From Chlamydiota bacterium (GTDB lineage Bacteria; Chlamydiota; Chlamydiia; Chlamydiales; RGXB01), in contig CANLTW010000003.1 of the NCBI GenBank assembly GCA_947494155.1, forward strand, positions 61,016 to 125,015: DNA of 64,000 nucleotides. The letters run 5' to 3'. Below, piece after piece: positions 20,153 through 30,575 of the stretch (positions within the stretch are counted from its first letter, which is position 1; each line of letters opens with the position of its first letter). The translations under genes were made by a program, and so were the position numbers. The notes beneath the pieces are model-generated. The model searched no databases, had not been told where the DNA came from, and was given only the letters and a program-made list of their open reading frames with translations.

Positions 20153-21458
20153 AAGTTTCCTTAAAATGTTTTTCTAAATTTTTGAGTCGTTCACGTAATT
20201 GGTTTGTAAGCTTTACTGTAGCCTCTTTCCCCTCGCCCTTCTCATGACCACTGATGTGTAGGGGTTTGGAAACAAGAACTGTGATTTTCTTAAACAATGA
20301 GGGAAACCACTTACCTTTTGGCCATATACTATAAACACCACCAATGTAAATAGGAAGAACCTCTTTAAGCTTGCAATGCAAAATAATCGACGTTATCCCA
20401 ACCTTAAAGGGGAGAATCGTACCGTCAAAAGAGCGCATGCCTTCAGGGAATATCACAAGGGGACACCCTTTATGAATTGTTTTGTTGCAAAGACGAAAAA
20501 AATCTTTTGGCATATTTTGATCGTCAACAAGAATCAAGGGAAAAAACGAGGTAACAATTCGAATGAAAAAATTCTTTCGGACCACCCTCTCACTTGCAAC
20601 AAATACTGTCTTTGGCCCAAGCAGGGTGAGAAGAATTAGTGCATCATAAAAAGAGGTGTGATTTGCATAGACTAGTCCACTAAAAAATTTTCTGGAAAAT
20701 TCTTCTCCCATCACCTTAAACCCATAGAAAAGCGAAAAAAAGCTCTTCAAAAATACACAGATCCAAGTGCGGATCAGGCTAGGCTGTACAGAGAACTTTT
20801 TTTTTATCTCTATGAACATCTCCTCACATACCTCGTCAGTAGTGTAAGAGGTGGTATCAATAAAAAAGGCGTCATCGGGGCGTACAAGCGGATCAATCTT
20901 CCGTTTGGAATCCTGTTCATCTCTCAACCGAAGCTGCTCAAGAACTTTCTCAAAACTAGTATCGATCCCCATAGTTTTCTGCTCGAGCTCTCTACGTTTA
21001 GCTCTGGATTCTAAAGTAGCTGTCAAAAAAAACTTCACATCGGCTAGCGGAAACACTTTGGACCCTAAATCTCTTCCATCCGCGATAAAATCCCCTTTAT
21101 TAGAGATCTCTTGAAGGTTGTTATTAACAAAACTTCTTACAGATTTTTGCTTGGCGATAAAGGAGGCTTTCATAGCTACAAGCTCTTTTCTCAAAAAAGG
21201 GGTAACCTCTAAATCATTGAAATAATAGCGAGCAAAACTCCCCTCATACACAAGTTTTAGTTTAGCCGATTGTAAAAAAGCGCTCAAAAAGGTCTCGTCC
21301 TCCGAAGCTACCCCTTTTTCGATTAAAAAAGCTGCGATCGACCGGTAAAATGCCCCCGAATCCAGGTAGTTTATACCCAGTCTTTGAGCAATTTTTTTGG
21401 CCAAAGTGGATTTTCCCGAGGCGCTTGGGCCATCTATTGTGATTATGAAATGAGCCAT
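20136..21458 (-). CDS. cmk: Fused cytidylate kinase / 1-acyl-sn-glycerol-3-phosphate acyltransferase (Cmk-PlsC)
   Basis: N-half IDGPSASGKST, DGRDLG; C-half NHTSFYD (HX4D) and FPEGMRS, all in one 440-aa frame. Confidence 0.92.
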   Translation of the reverse strand: MAHFIITIDGPSASGKSTLAKKIAQRLGINYLDSGAFYRSIAAFLIEKGVASEDETFLSAFLQSAKLKLVYEGSFARYYFNDLEVTPFLRKELVAMKASFIAKQKSVRSFVNNNLQEISNKGDFIADGRDLGSKVFPLADVKFFLTATLESRAKRRELEQKTMGIDTSFEKVLEQLRLRDEQDSKRKIDPLVRPDDAFFIDTTSYTTDEVCEEMFIEIKKKFSVQPSLIRTWICVFLKSFFSLFYGFKVMGEEFSRKFFSGLVYANHTSFYDALILLTLLGPKTVFVASERVVRKNFFIRIVTSFFPLILVDDQNMPKDFFRLCNKTIHKGCPLVIFPEGMRSFDGTILPFKVGITSIILHCKLKEVLPIYIGGVYSIWPKGKWFPSLFKKITVLVSKPLHISGHEKGEGKEATVKLTNQLRERLKNLEKHFKETYECRI

Positions 21459-22273
21459 CAGAACCTAAAATAGGCGAAAAGTATAGGTGTTGTAAACAAT
21501 AACGAATCAATCAGATCCAAAACACCACCCAAGCCCGGTATCTGATTACTATCTTTAACATGGGCATCTCTTTTCAGCACCGACTCAGCTAAATCACCAA
21601 GTTCAGCCGCAACCCCTAAAATAAAACCCAAAAATAGCGCTTCGTTTGTAGAGATTTTAACGTAGGAGGCTAATAAAAGACTTACAGCTATTGCCCCTAA
21701 TAGTCCAAAAACAGCTCCAACAACAGTTTTTGAGGGGCTGATTGTGGGTGCAAGTTTTCTTTTCCCAAAAAGGCGACCCATAAAGTAGCCTCCAATATCT
21801 ACAACCTTTGTTACAGCTACAAGGTAGATAACTAAAGCCATATCCCCTTTTGACCCTATCCCCTCTGGATACAAAATCGAGAGGATCATCCCAATAGGGA
21901 CGAGAATATACAGCATCGCAAAGGAGCCGCAGGCAACTCTGTAGATGGCTCCATCAATAAACAAAAAATTATAAACAAAAAAGCCCAAAAAAAGGAGGAT
22001 AAGCCAAATCCAGGAGGGAAAAAGAAAAAAGGCGACCGGCCAGAATACCCCAATAGAGGCCAAAAGATATTTCGAGGGGGGATCTCCTTTATGTTTAACT
22101 AAAGCAACATATTCAATCATGGCGGCCATGGTAATAGTAGCCACAAAAAGAATAGTCAAAAATTGCACAGGCCAATAGTCGGCGCCAAAAAAACTGATTA
22201 CTAGCATCAATATGATGCCTGAAGACATCGTTAATCGTTTAGCTAAGTCGTGAAACATACTGGGCATCGCCAC
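21458..22273 (-). CDS. cdsA: Phosphatidate cytidylyltransferase
   Basis: ISPSKT, GDLAES.LKR...VKDS...PGLGGVLD..DS motifs. Confidence 0.95.
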   Translation of the reverse strand: MAMPSMFHDLAKRLTMSSGIILMLVISFFGADYWPVQFLTILFVATITMAAMIEYVALVKHKGDPPSKYLLASIGVFWPVAFFLFPSWIWLILLFLGFFVYNFLFIDGAIYRVACGSFAMLYILVPIGMILSILYPEGIGSKGDMALVIYLVAVTKVVDIGGYFMGRLFGKRKLAPTISPSKTVVGAVFGLLGAIAVSLLLASYVKISTNEALFLGFILGVAAELGDLAESVLKRDAHVKDSNQIPGLGGVLDLIDSLLFTTPILFAYFRF

Positions 22274-22952
22274 CTCTCCTTCGACTTCTTTGTTGATAAT
22301 CTATGAGGGCCTCCTCGAAGTCATCCACCGTAAATTCGGGCCACATTTTTTTTGAAAAAAATAGTTCTGCATAGGCGATCTGCCAAAGCAAAAAATTACT
22401 CACTCTCATCTCCCCGCCTGTGCGTATCACTAGGTCTGGATCGGGCATATCAGGAAGATCTAGATATTGGCGGAAGTGCTGTTCGCTCAAAAGATTTAAA
22501 TCTCCTGCGTATTGGTTCTTAGCTTTTGCTGCTGCTCGCAAAATTTCGTCCCTGCCACCATAGTCCAATGCAATATTGAGAACCATTGTTGTCCCTTTTG
22601 AGGTTTTAGCCACCGCATCCTCTACAGACTTTTTTAAAAACGAGGGGAGGCGGTCTAGCCTTCCTAAAATATGGATGCACACCCCCTGCTCGCACAATAA
22701 ATTAATGTGATCACCCAAGAAATCATCCATAAAAGAAAAGAGAGCACCCACCTCTTGTGGATCTCTTATCCAGTTTTCTGTAGAAAAAAAGTACATGCTA
22801 AGCATAGGCAGCTTATTTTGAATTGCAAATGTGATCGTCTCTTTGACTCTATCTGCGCCAAGCTTGTACCCCTCAATTACAGGAAGTCCACGTGAAGCAG
22901 CCCACCTTCTATTTCCATCCAAAATGAGTGCGACGTGGTTTAAAATTGTCAA
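22239..22952 (-). CDS. uppS: Undecaprenyl diphosphate synthase
   Basis: HVALILDGNRRWA, FSTENW, RTGGEMRVSNFLLWQ motifs; TTG 22952 preceded by GAGG. Confidence 0.96.
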   Translation of the reverse strand: MTILNHVALILDGNRRWAASRGLPVIEGYKLGADRVKETITFAIQNKLPMLSMYFFSTENWIRDPQEVGALFSFMDDFLGDHINLLCEQGVCIHILGRLDRLPSFLKKSVEDAVAKTSKGTTMVLNIALDYGGRDEILRAAAKAKNQYAGDLNLLSEQHFRQYLDLPDMPDPDLVIRTGGEMRVSNFLLWQIAYAELFFSKKMWPEFTVDDFEEALIDYQQRSRRRGGDAQYVSRLS

Positions 22953-23010
22953 TTCTTGACCTCTTAAAAGGCTCAACTGTAGCAAATTCTACACAAAAAC
23001 CTCAACCCTA

Positions 23011-23168
23011 TTTGTTAGCCTCGTGTTGCACGAAAAATAAAGAGATTTTTTGAGGGAAATTTTACATACCTCGGCCTACATCCCCCGAATGTAAAACGTT
23101 CAAAGACATTTACCTTAAGTAACACCTAAAGAATCTTTATAAGATTGAAGATTACGGGCTTAAACAAA
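23011..23168 (+). ncRNA. Candidate structured ncRNA (long irregular rod) between uppS and secDF
   Basis: Nested stems 23011-23025/23153-23168, 23037-23052/23127-23140, 23060-23074/23085-23096. G-U pairs favour the + strand. Confidence 0.45.
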
Positions 23169-23227
23169 GATGGATAGCTTCAAGATCGCCCCCCAATATC
23201 TAGAAAGAACAAAGCCTCATTTAAGGG

Positions 23228-23256
23228 TAGACAGAATCTTGTTTTAGATGTATTCT
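23228..23256 (+). promoter_or_regulatory. Sigma66-type promoter for secDF-recJ
   Basis: TAGACA-N17-TATTCT. Confidence 0.55.
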
Positions 23257-23290
23257 AAGCTTTAAATTTCATGAAATGGTCTTGTTTTCT

Positions 23291-26200
23291 ATGGAGAAAC
23301 AGAAACGTTGGCACTCTTGGTTGATCGCAACCGTTAGTCTTTTAACTGTCTACAATATCTTACCGACTATCCTTTTTTACGCAAACCCTCTCTCGGACAA
23401 AATCGGTGCAAAAAAAGCGATCGAAATTCAGAACTCCATCGCTGACAGAGTCAATAGACTCGAGTCTGATTCAACCGACTGGATCTACTCTTTTAGTCAG
23501 CTTATTGGCGTGAAAATCAAATCAGTCGAGATAGACCCGGTTTTTAGCGACAAGCTTGAGATCACCTTCAACCAATCAGAAGACGCGAAAAAATTTACGC
23601 AAATTTTTCCAAGAGCTGGAAGCCTTATCCCCTTTTATCCTGCCCAGCTCACTCTAGGAGCTGAAAGCTTTGACCCCCTTAAGGTGGAAATTCAACGAAA
23701 GATCCCATTACATCTTGGTCAGCAGCAAAGACAGGAGATGTTCCGTTTTGTTGAAAAATTTGATGACAATCAGGAGCCGACTGCAGAGTGGCGCCAAATT
23801 GCTCTTGACCGCGTTTTTCAGGTAGCAAACTCAATGGGGGGGATTTCTGAGGCTGCAGAGCTGGTAACCGTTTCTACAGCCAACAGCCAAGATCCTAGAG
23901 CAGAAGAGCCCCTTTTGCAATACGTCAACACCCTTTTAGACTACAAGTCCGCTTTTGGTGAAAATGCAGCTGCCACAAAACGCTTTATCTCTTCACTCAC
24001 ACAAGCGCCAATGGCAGACAAATCGAGCCTTGGATACGCTCTCATGGAGTCCCTTTCCCAACTCAAAGATAAATGTCAAAAAGAGCGAGTGGGGCTACAA
24101 GAGTCTTCTTCAGCAGAAGAATCTAAAAGTTTTACCTCCGATGCCTCTAAAGATAAAATCCAGCAACTGCTTCATAAAGAGCATCAGATGCGCGACGCGC
24201 TCTACATGGTGAAAAACCACCTTCGGGATTTTCACCAGGGTGCAGCCCCCCTAACTTACGACGCTGTGGAGGCCTCCTTTGCCAAGCACGGACAGATACT
24301 TTTAAATAAAAATAACCCCCTTTTTTCCAGCATCCAGCTTGATCTAGAAAAAGAGCAGATTGTATTAATTCCCCATCCGGATGTTCTAGATATTTTGAAC
24401 AAATCTAGCGATACAAAAAAAGAGGCGATTCACTCCCTTTTCTACAAAGAACTTGCACGCGTTTCTAAGGAGACTCAAGAGGAATTTAAACCTCTTGGAA
24501 CAAACTTTGTATCGATGCTCTCCACTTTATCCTCCACAAAATCTTTGCTTGTTTTCCAGGCAAAACCCATTTTGCAAAAAGCGATTGATAAAGCTGTATA
24601 TCGCCTCAACGCGTTCGAGCCACAAACAGTCGATTTGAAGCGAGAAAATTATCCTGTTGTCCCCTTTCACGAGTATCATCTCCAGCCCCCTGAACAAAAG
24701 ACTTTTGAGATTGTAGCGTATGCCCCTGGGCTTGAGGGAAAATTTCCTATTGGCGGGTTCAAAGCCGATTCGTGCTACCTTATCTTCAAAGATTTCTACA
24801 AGATCTATAACAAATACGCTGCTCTCAAAAATGAGACCGCCCGTGCTTTTAACGAAGATCTCAAACAGCTGATGGGGCTTTTGCAACAGCAAGGTTTCCA
24901 GGCCTATCCGGGAGCTGCTTTGCACCTTAGCCGAGAGTTCCAAAATGACCTCGTTTTTGAATTGCCTCAGGTAATAGAGCCCATGATTGTCGCTAGCCGG
25001 GAGGCATTCCAACTGAAAGGATCGAAAACATTTGCCTTTTTAGAGCTTTCTGACGTGCGTCAACGCATTTTAACGCAAAATCAGATTGAGTCAAAAGAGC
25101 AAGAGGAGCTATTGCGAGCTAACGATCTGTATAACGCGAGCCAGATTGATCTCACCCAGCGTACCTATTTTGACGCCCCAAAACCGACCCGTTCCGCCCT
25201 TTGGAACAATTTAGTTATCTCCGTAAAAAAATATTTCAGAGGCGATGACAGAAAAGTATTGAAGTGGGGTCTTGATTTATCTGGTGGAAAAACAGTTGAA
25301 ATTCAGCTTAAAGATCCCTCTGGAAAAACGGTGACTAATGAGTTTGACCTTAAACAGGGTGTAAACGAGCTTTTTAACCGTGTGAACAAGATGGGTGTTT
25401 CAGAGGTCTCGATCCGAATCGAGGGCTCCAACATCATCCTTGACTTTCCCGGATCACAAGATATTTCCGCAAGCGACCTCATTCGCTCCTCCTCGATGAC
25501 GTTCCATGTTGTCAACGAGAAGTTCTCTGTAATGAACCCCTCCCTAAGAGACGCTTCCAACCGTTTCTTACAGGACGTGTGGAGTGAAGCAATTGTTAAA
25601 GGGAAAAAAGAGGCTGAAGAGATTCACCAAATTGCCTACGCCCATCTTTATGGGGATAATGGAAGCGCAGCAAGCCCTAGCCCAAAAACCGAGTCTGCAA
25701 GAGCTCTTTTCGAGGCGGGCCTTGAGCTAGCTCCTGTGGATAATGGAAGCTACAACACCTTCGATGATACGCTAAGTAAAATTGCCCTTTTGAAAGGGGA
25801 GGGACCAAACGCCTGGGGAGGGCAATCCCATCCCTTATTGATTGTTTTCAATAATTACGCTCTTGAGGGATCTTCACTTGAGGGAGTGCATGCTTCATAC
25901 GATCCCAAAAATGGAAACTTCCTTTCGTTTGAGGTAAAAAACTCAAAAAAGAGCTACAAAGGTGAGGTCGAATCGCCTCAAGCCTTGCTATCGAACTGGA
26001 CCAAAGTTTTTTGCCAAGATAAAGTCTTGGGCACAGAACTGGAGCACTATTCCCATGCCAAAGGCTGGAGAATGGCCGTGATTTTGAACGGGAGTGTAAT
26101 TTCTTCTCCAAGCTTGAATGCCGAGATCAAAGATAAAGCGATGATCACCGGAAACTTTACTCAAAGGGAGGCCAACAAACTCGAGTCAGACCTTAGAGCC

Positions 26201-27799
26201 GGTTCCTTGACCTATACGCCCCACATCTTATCAGAAAACAACGTCAGTCCGGAGTTAGGAATCAAAGAGCGCACTCAAGGGATTGTTGCAGCTGTGGCAG
26301 CGCTTGTCCTTGTAGTCGTTGTAATGTGCTCATACTACCGCTTTTTTGGGCTAGTTGCCTCCCTTGCCGTCCTCTTCAACCTTCTAATTCTATGGGCTGT
26401 TCTCCAAAATATCGGAGCTTCTCTCACACTTGCTGGGATCGCAGCGATTGTTTTAACGATAGGGATGTCGGTCGATGCGAACGTTCTTGTATTTGAGAGG
26501 ATCCGGGAAGAATTCAAGGTACACAACAACCTCCTTGTTGCTGTGCATAATGGATTTACAAGGGCTTTTTCAGCGATTGTGGATTCAAACGTGACAACAG
26601 TTATAGCAGCCCTTATTTTGATGAATTTCGATGCAGGGCCGGTTAAAGGGTTTGCGCTCACTTTGATCATAGGTGTAGTATCCTCGATGTTTACAGCCTA
26701 TTTCACCACAAGAGCTTTTTTGTATCGCTGGGTGAACAGAAATGCCGACAGACCTCTAAAAATAGGGAAATGGATCGAAAGTACTAAGATACCGTTTTTG
26801 AAACTTTCGGTTCCTGTAACAGTTTTTAGTCTTGTAATCACGCTGTTTGGGGGGTATTCACTCTACCAAAACCAGGCAAATATTTACGGGATGGACTTCA
26901 CGGGTGGCTATTCGATGATGATCGAAGTGGCGTCGCATAAAAATGGTGGTGCAAAACTTGCCGTGGAACAAGCGCTCAAAAAGGCCTCTATCCATACTCA
27001 AGAGGTTCAAGTACGAGAACTCTCCGATCCCAACACCTTGAGGATTTTTTTAGCAAAATCTTTGGATGAGCAATCCAGGCCTTTCTACGGAATGCCGTTA
27101 ACCCAAGATGTATCTCAGCTCGACTACTTCTACCAGATGAATCCCCGCTTGAACACGATCATGGAATCTCTACAAAATGGTGGTGTCAAAATTTCGGATA
27201 CTTCATTAAAAGAGGTTCACTTCACCTTCAAAAGCGTCAGCGGACAAATGTCAGATGCGATGAGAAAAAATGCATCGGTAGGTTTACTGATCGCATTACT
27301 AGCTATCCTCGTGTACATCACTCTGCGCTTTGAGTTCAAATATGCGATCAGCGCAACTTTAGGTCTATTGTATGATATTGTGGTAACCTTATCGATTCTT
27401 GCTGTGCTCCACCAAGTGGGTTTACCTATACAAATTGATCTCAACGCTGTAGCCGCCCTCATGACGATAGCAGGGTATTCACTCAACGATACGATTATTG
27501 TATTCGACAGAATTCGTGAGGATCAAAGATTGCAAGGTAAAGCTGGCTTTAAAGAGCTTGTGAACCGCTCTTTGAACGTTACTCTTTCACGGACACTTCT
27601 CACCTCCTCGACTACACTACTCGTTCTAGTTTGTATGGTGATTTTTGGAGGAAGCAGTATTTTCGGGTTTTCTCTATTGATGTCTATTGGAGTTGTTGTG
27701 GGAACTTTGTCCTCCTTCTTCATTTCTAGTTTGCTCTTAGTCTTTTTTGATTCTTATGAGAGCAAAAAAGCAAAGGCTTTGGAGGAGCAAAACTCTTGA
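23291..27799 (+). CDS. secDF: Protein translocase SecDF fusion with long chlamydial N-terminal extension
   Basis: GLDLSGG, IGMSVDANVLVFERIREE, GMDFTGG, GYSLNDTIIVFDRIRE motifs. Confidence 0.97.
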   Translation: MEKQKRWHSWLIATVSLLTVYNILPTILFYANPLSDKIGAKKAIEIQNSIADRVNRLESDSTDWIYSFSQLIGVKIKSVEIDPVFSDKLEITFNQSEDAKKFTQIFPRAGSLIPFYPAQLTLGAESFDPLKVEIQRKIPLHLGQQQRQEMFRFVEKFDDNQEPTAEWRQIALDRVFQVANSMGGISEAAELVTVSTANSQDPRAEEPLLQYVNTLLDYKSAFGENAAATKRFISSLTQAPMADKSSLGYALMESLSQLKDKCQKERVGLQESSSAEESKSFTSDASKDKIQQLLHKEHQMRDALYMVKNHLRDFHQGAAPLTYDAVEASFAKHGQILLNKNNPLFSSIQLDLEKEQIVLIPHPDVLDILNKSSDTKKEAIHSLFYKELARVSKETQEEFKPLGTNFVSMLSTLSSTKSLLVFQAKPILQKAIDKAVYRLNAFEPQTVDLKRENYPVVPFHEYHLQPPEQKTFEIVAYAPGLEGKFPIGGFKADSCYLIFKDFYKIYNKYAALKNETARAFNEDLKQLMGLLQQQGFQAYPGAALHLSREFQNDLVFELPQVIEPMIVASREAFQLKGSKTFAFLELSDVRQRILTQNQIESKEQEELLRANDLYNASQIDLTQRTYFDAPKPTRSALWNNLVISVKKYFRGDDRKVLKWGLDLSGGKTVEIQLKDPSGKTVTNEFDLKQGVNELFNRVNKMGVSEVSIRIEGSNIILDFPGSQDISASDLIRSSSMTFHVVNEKFSVMNPSLRDASNRFLQDVWSEAIVKGKKEAEEIHQIAYAHLYGDNGSAASPSPKTESARALFEAGLELAPVDNGSYNTFDDTLSKIALLKGEGPNAWGGQSHPLLIVFNNYALEGSSLEGVHASYDPKNGNFLSFEVKNSKKSYKGEVESPQALLSNWTKVFCQDKVLGTELEHYSHAKGWRMAVILNGSVISSPSLNAEIKDKAMITGNFTQREANKLESDLRAGSLTYTPHILSENNVSPELGIKERTQGIVAAVAALVLVVVVMCSYYRFFGLVASLAVLFNLLILWAVLQNIGASLTLAGIAAIVLTIGMSVDANVLVFERIREEFKVHNNLLVAVHNGFTRAFSAIVDSNVTTVIAALILMNFDAGPVKGFALTLIIGVVSSMFTAYFTTRAFLYRWVNRNADRPLKIGKWIESTKIPFLKLSVPVTVFSLVITLFGGYSLYQNQANIYGMDFTGGYSMMIEVASHKNGGAKLAVEQALKKASIHTQEVQVRELSDPNTLRIFLAKSLDEQSRPFYGMPLTQDVSQLDYFYQMNPRLNTIMESLQNGGVKISDTSLKEVHFTFKSVSGQMSDAMRKNASVGLLIALLAILVYITLRFEFKYAISATLGLLYDIVVTLSILAVLHQVGLPIQIDLNAVAALMTIAGYSLNDTIIVFDRIREDQRLQGKAGFKELVNRSLNVTLSRTLLTSSTTLLVLVCMVIFGGSSIFGFSLLMSIGVVVGTLSSFFISSLLLVFFDSYESKKAKALEEQNS

Positions 27800-29547
27800 T
27801 ACCCCTCACCCCCAAAAAACAGGAGATAGCGTGGGTTTTCCCTAAGGAAAACCCCCCTCTTGTACAGAGAATTAACCGCGAATTCAATATCAATCCAGTC
27901 ACGGCTCAGATCCTTGTCAGTCGCGGGTTTAGTTCTATGGTGGAGATCCATCATTACCTGTATGCCAAACTTCCAGATCTCTACTCCCCATCGCTGATGC
28001 CTCAAATCGACCAGGCGGTCGACAGGCTCTATCGTGCGATCCAGGACAAGGAATCGATCCTGGTTTTCGGGGATAATGATGTGGATGGAATCACAGGAAC
28101 CGTTCTTCTGACCGACTTTTTTAGACGCCTGGGTGTAACAGCTTTTTACAGCGTACCCAATCGTAACCAGATCAAAGAGAGCTTAATGAGCGATGCGATT
28201 GAGACCGCTTTGGAAAAGGGGTGTAAGCTTATCATTACTGTCGATTGTGGTCTAACCTCCACAGACGAGGTGGAGAGAGCCGATCGCTACGGAATCGATG
28301 TGATCGTGACGGACCATCATGAACCCGGCTCGCAGAATCTTCGCTGCGTTGCTACTCTCAATCCTAAGTTGCACCACAGCACCTATCCCAATAGAGACCT
28401 GACCGGTGTGGGGGTTGCATTCAAGCTTGCCCATGCCCTACTCAGCTTTTTATCCGTAAAAGGGACGATCGATCCAGAAGAGATCGATCTTAAAGACATG
28501 CTTGATATTGTTGCCATTGGAACAGTGGCTGATATGGGTTCATTGAGGGGGGAAAATAGGATTCTGGTGCGCTACGGGCTCAATCAAATCCCAAAAACAG
28601 GGCGGATCGGTCTGCTAAAACTTCTCAACCTCTCCGATTTGAATGCCGAGACAATTACTACTGGAGATATCGCTTCCAAGCTCGCCCCAAGGCTTAACAG
28701 TTTGGGGAGGATCTCCGATCCCATGAAAGGGGTAGAGCTCCTTTTAACACGTGATTTCAACGTCGCAACCCACCTGGTCGATTTTATTGATAAAAAGAAT
28801 CAGGAGAGGCAAAAAATCGAAAGACGCGATTCGTTAGAAATCGAAAAAATGATCGAGCAGCACCCTGACCTTCTAGAGGGAAAAGCGATTGTCTTGTTCT
28901 CAAAGACCTGTCACCCGGGGATCATCGCGATTATAGCTGCGAGGATGTCAAAGCTTTATAACCGGCCAACCGCGGTGATCACAGAGGATAAAGGGGTTTT
29001 AAAAGCAAGCGTAAGAACCATACCCGAATTTCCGATTCTACCCGTATTGCGTGAAAATGAATCGATTTTGATGAATTATGGCGGGCATGACTATGCAGCC
29101 GGATTTACTATCTCCCCCGAAAAATTTCCCCTTTTCAAGGAGCGTTTCATTCTTGCAGCGGAGCGGTCACTTTCCGATAAAGATCTTTTTCCTAAGCTTT
29201 TGATCGATGCAAAGGTCTCTTTCAAAGATCTTACCTTCGATTTCTTGGAATCTTTGTCCCTTTTAGAGCCTTTTGGTGTCGATAATCCTGCCCCTACCCT
29301 TTTTTGTGAAGCAGATCAGATATTTCCCCCAAAAGTAATTGGAAAAGTGCATCTGAAGTTTTATTTAGAGGAGAATGGGCGTCAACTTGAAGGAATCGGG
29401 TTCAATCTAGCTTCAAGACGCACCGAATTGATCAAAAAGAAAGGCTCGCGGTTGATCGTGGCTTTTACACCTACCATCAATTCGTACCAGGAAAAAACCA
29501 GCATTCAATTGCAGATTAAAGATTTCCAAGTACTCCCGCGAGCCTAA
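27796..29547 (+). CDS. recJ: Single-stranded-DNA exonuclease RecJ
   Basis: GDNDVDG, TVDCG, TDHH, GGH motifs (DHH/DHHA1). Confidence 0.96.
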   Translation: MIPLTPKKQEIAWVFPKENPPLVQRINREFNINPVTAQILVSRGFSSMVEIHHYLYAKLPDLYSPSLMPQIDQAVDRLYRAIQDKESILVFGDNDVDGITGTVLLTDFFRRLGVTAFYSVPNRNQIKESLMSDAIETALEKGCKLIITVDCGLTSTDEVERADRYGIDVIVTDHHEPGSQNLRCVATLNPKLHHSTYPNRDLTGVGVAFKLAHALLSFLSVKGTIDPEEIDLKDMLDIVAIGTVADMGSLRGENRILVRYGLNQIPKTGRIGLLKLLNLSDLNAETITTGDIASKLAPRLNSLGRISDPMKGVELLLTRDFNVATHLVDFIDKKNQERQKIERRDSLEIEKMIEQHPDLLEGKAIVLFSKTCHPGIIAIIAARMSKLYNRPTAVITEDKGVLKASVRTIPEFPILPVLRENESILMNYGGHDYAAGFTISPEKFPLFKERFILAAERSLSDKDLFPKLLIDAKVSFKDLTFDFLESLSLLEPFGVDNPAPTLFCEADQIFPPKVIGKVHLKFYLEENGRQLEGIGFNLASRRTELIKKKGSRLIVAFTPTINSYQEKTSIQLQIKDFQVLPRA

Positions 29548-29575
29548 ATCCTCTAATCAAGGTTAGAGGCTAGTT

Positions 29576-30025
29576 TTAGCCAACAAGCGCTTCAGATGAG
29601 ACTGTTGCTAAGAATTTTTCTTTGTAGAGATTTACATCTTCTACGCTGATAACCCATGCAGCACCTTTTCTGTGAGCTTTTAGCATCCCTACGCGTGTAG
29701 CGTAATAGATCTTCTGTGCCGGCACTTGCAACATTTTAGCTACCTGACCAACAGAGAAATAGCCTTTGTTGTTGTCAAAAAGCAATTCACCATTAAACGT
29801 AGATTTCAATCTAGAATATTTTTGGTTTCTATAGTCTTCCAGATCCTTGAGGCTGATTGTCCAACGTGTTGAGTGCTTATAAGCCTTAAGCTTTTTTTGC
29901 TTAATAGCTACATAAATCGCTTGTCTTGTTACATTGTTAATACGAGCCGCCTCAGTAATAGAAACAAAACCTGGCGGTGTATCAGTTGCAACATCTTGCA
30001 TTGTTTGTTGATGGAAATTTTCCAT
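29576..30025 (-). CDS. euo: Developmental transcription repressor EUO
   Basis: Two HTH repeats (SITEAARINNVTRQAIYVAIKQKKLKA; QKIYYATRVG..KA.RKGAAWVI); convergent with recJ as in Chlamydia. Confidence 0.93.
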   Translation of the reverse strand: MENFHQQTMQDVATDTPPGFVSITEAARINNVTRQAIYVAIKQKKLKAYKHSTRWTISLKDLEDYRNQKYSRLKSTFNGELLFDNNKGYFSVGQVAKMLQVPAQKIYYATRVGMLKAHRKGAAWVISVEDVNLYKEKFLATVSSEALVG

Positions 30026-30575
30026 TTTTTTGTTTCTCCATTAAAAAAATTGTTTAAAAAGCCCCCGGTTTCGCTCGAGAAATAGTGTTTTCGAAATATC
30101 GTAATTCGTAACTCTTTTGGCCTTTTAGGTTGTTAATTCTTCCATAAAAAAGAATTGAATTCAATAGAATTTGATAAATTTTCTAGGGTGATTACTTTAA
30201 TCTTTTAACTTTCTTAATTTAATTATTGAAAATTAATTAGTTATGACAACGGGTTATAACTCGAAAATTTTTGATGGACCCCATAAAAATTTTTCCGGGC
30301 GCAAAAGCCCCCTTAATCAGTAATAACTTTTACAGAACAAGGTCTCGAAAAAGGCATTTTTTTTAATTTTAAAAGAAGACTGTGCGAAGACTTTCTTAAC
30401 GCAATAAGGCTGAATGTGTTAAATTTCTCGTGAACTCCTTTCAAACCCCTCTTTCAAGCAATATAACCGATAAGCCGGCTTTTTTTTAGCTTCTGGCGTT
30501 GGGGTCGATCGTGTTTTCTCACGAGCAGGAAAATTTTCTAGATCAATTTTCCCTAAATCGTTAAGTGAGAGGACT

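Noticed and set aside
23291..25260. Roughly 650-aa N-terminal extension of SecDF as a novel fusion
   Set aside because: An oversized SecDF is an established feature of chlamydiae
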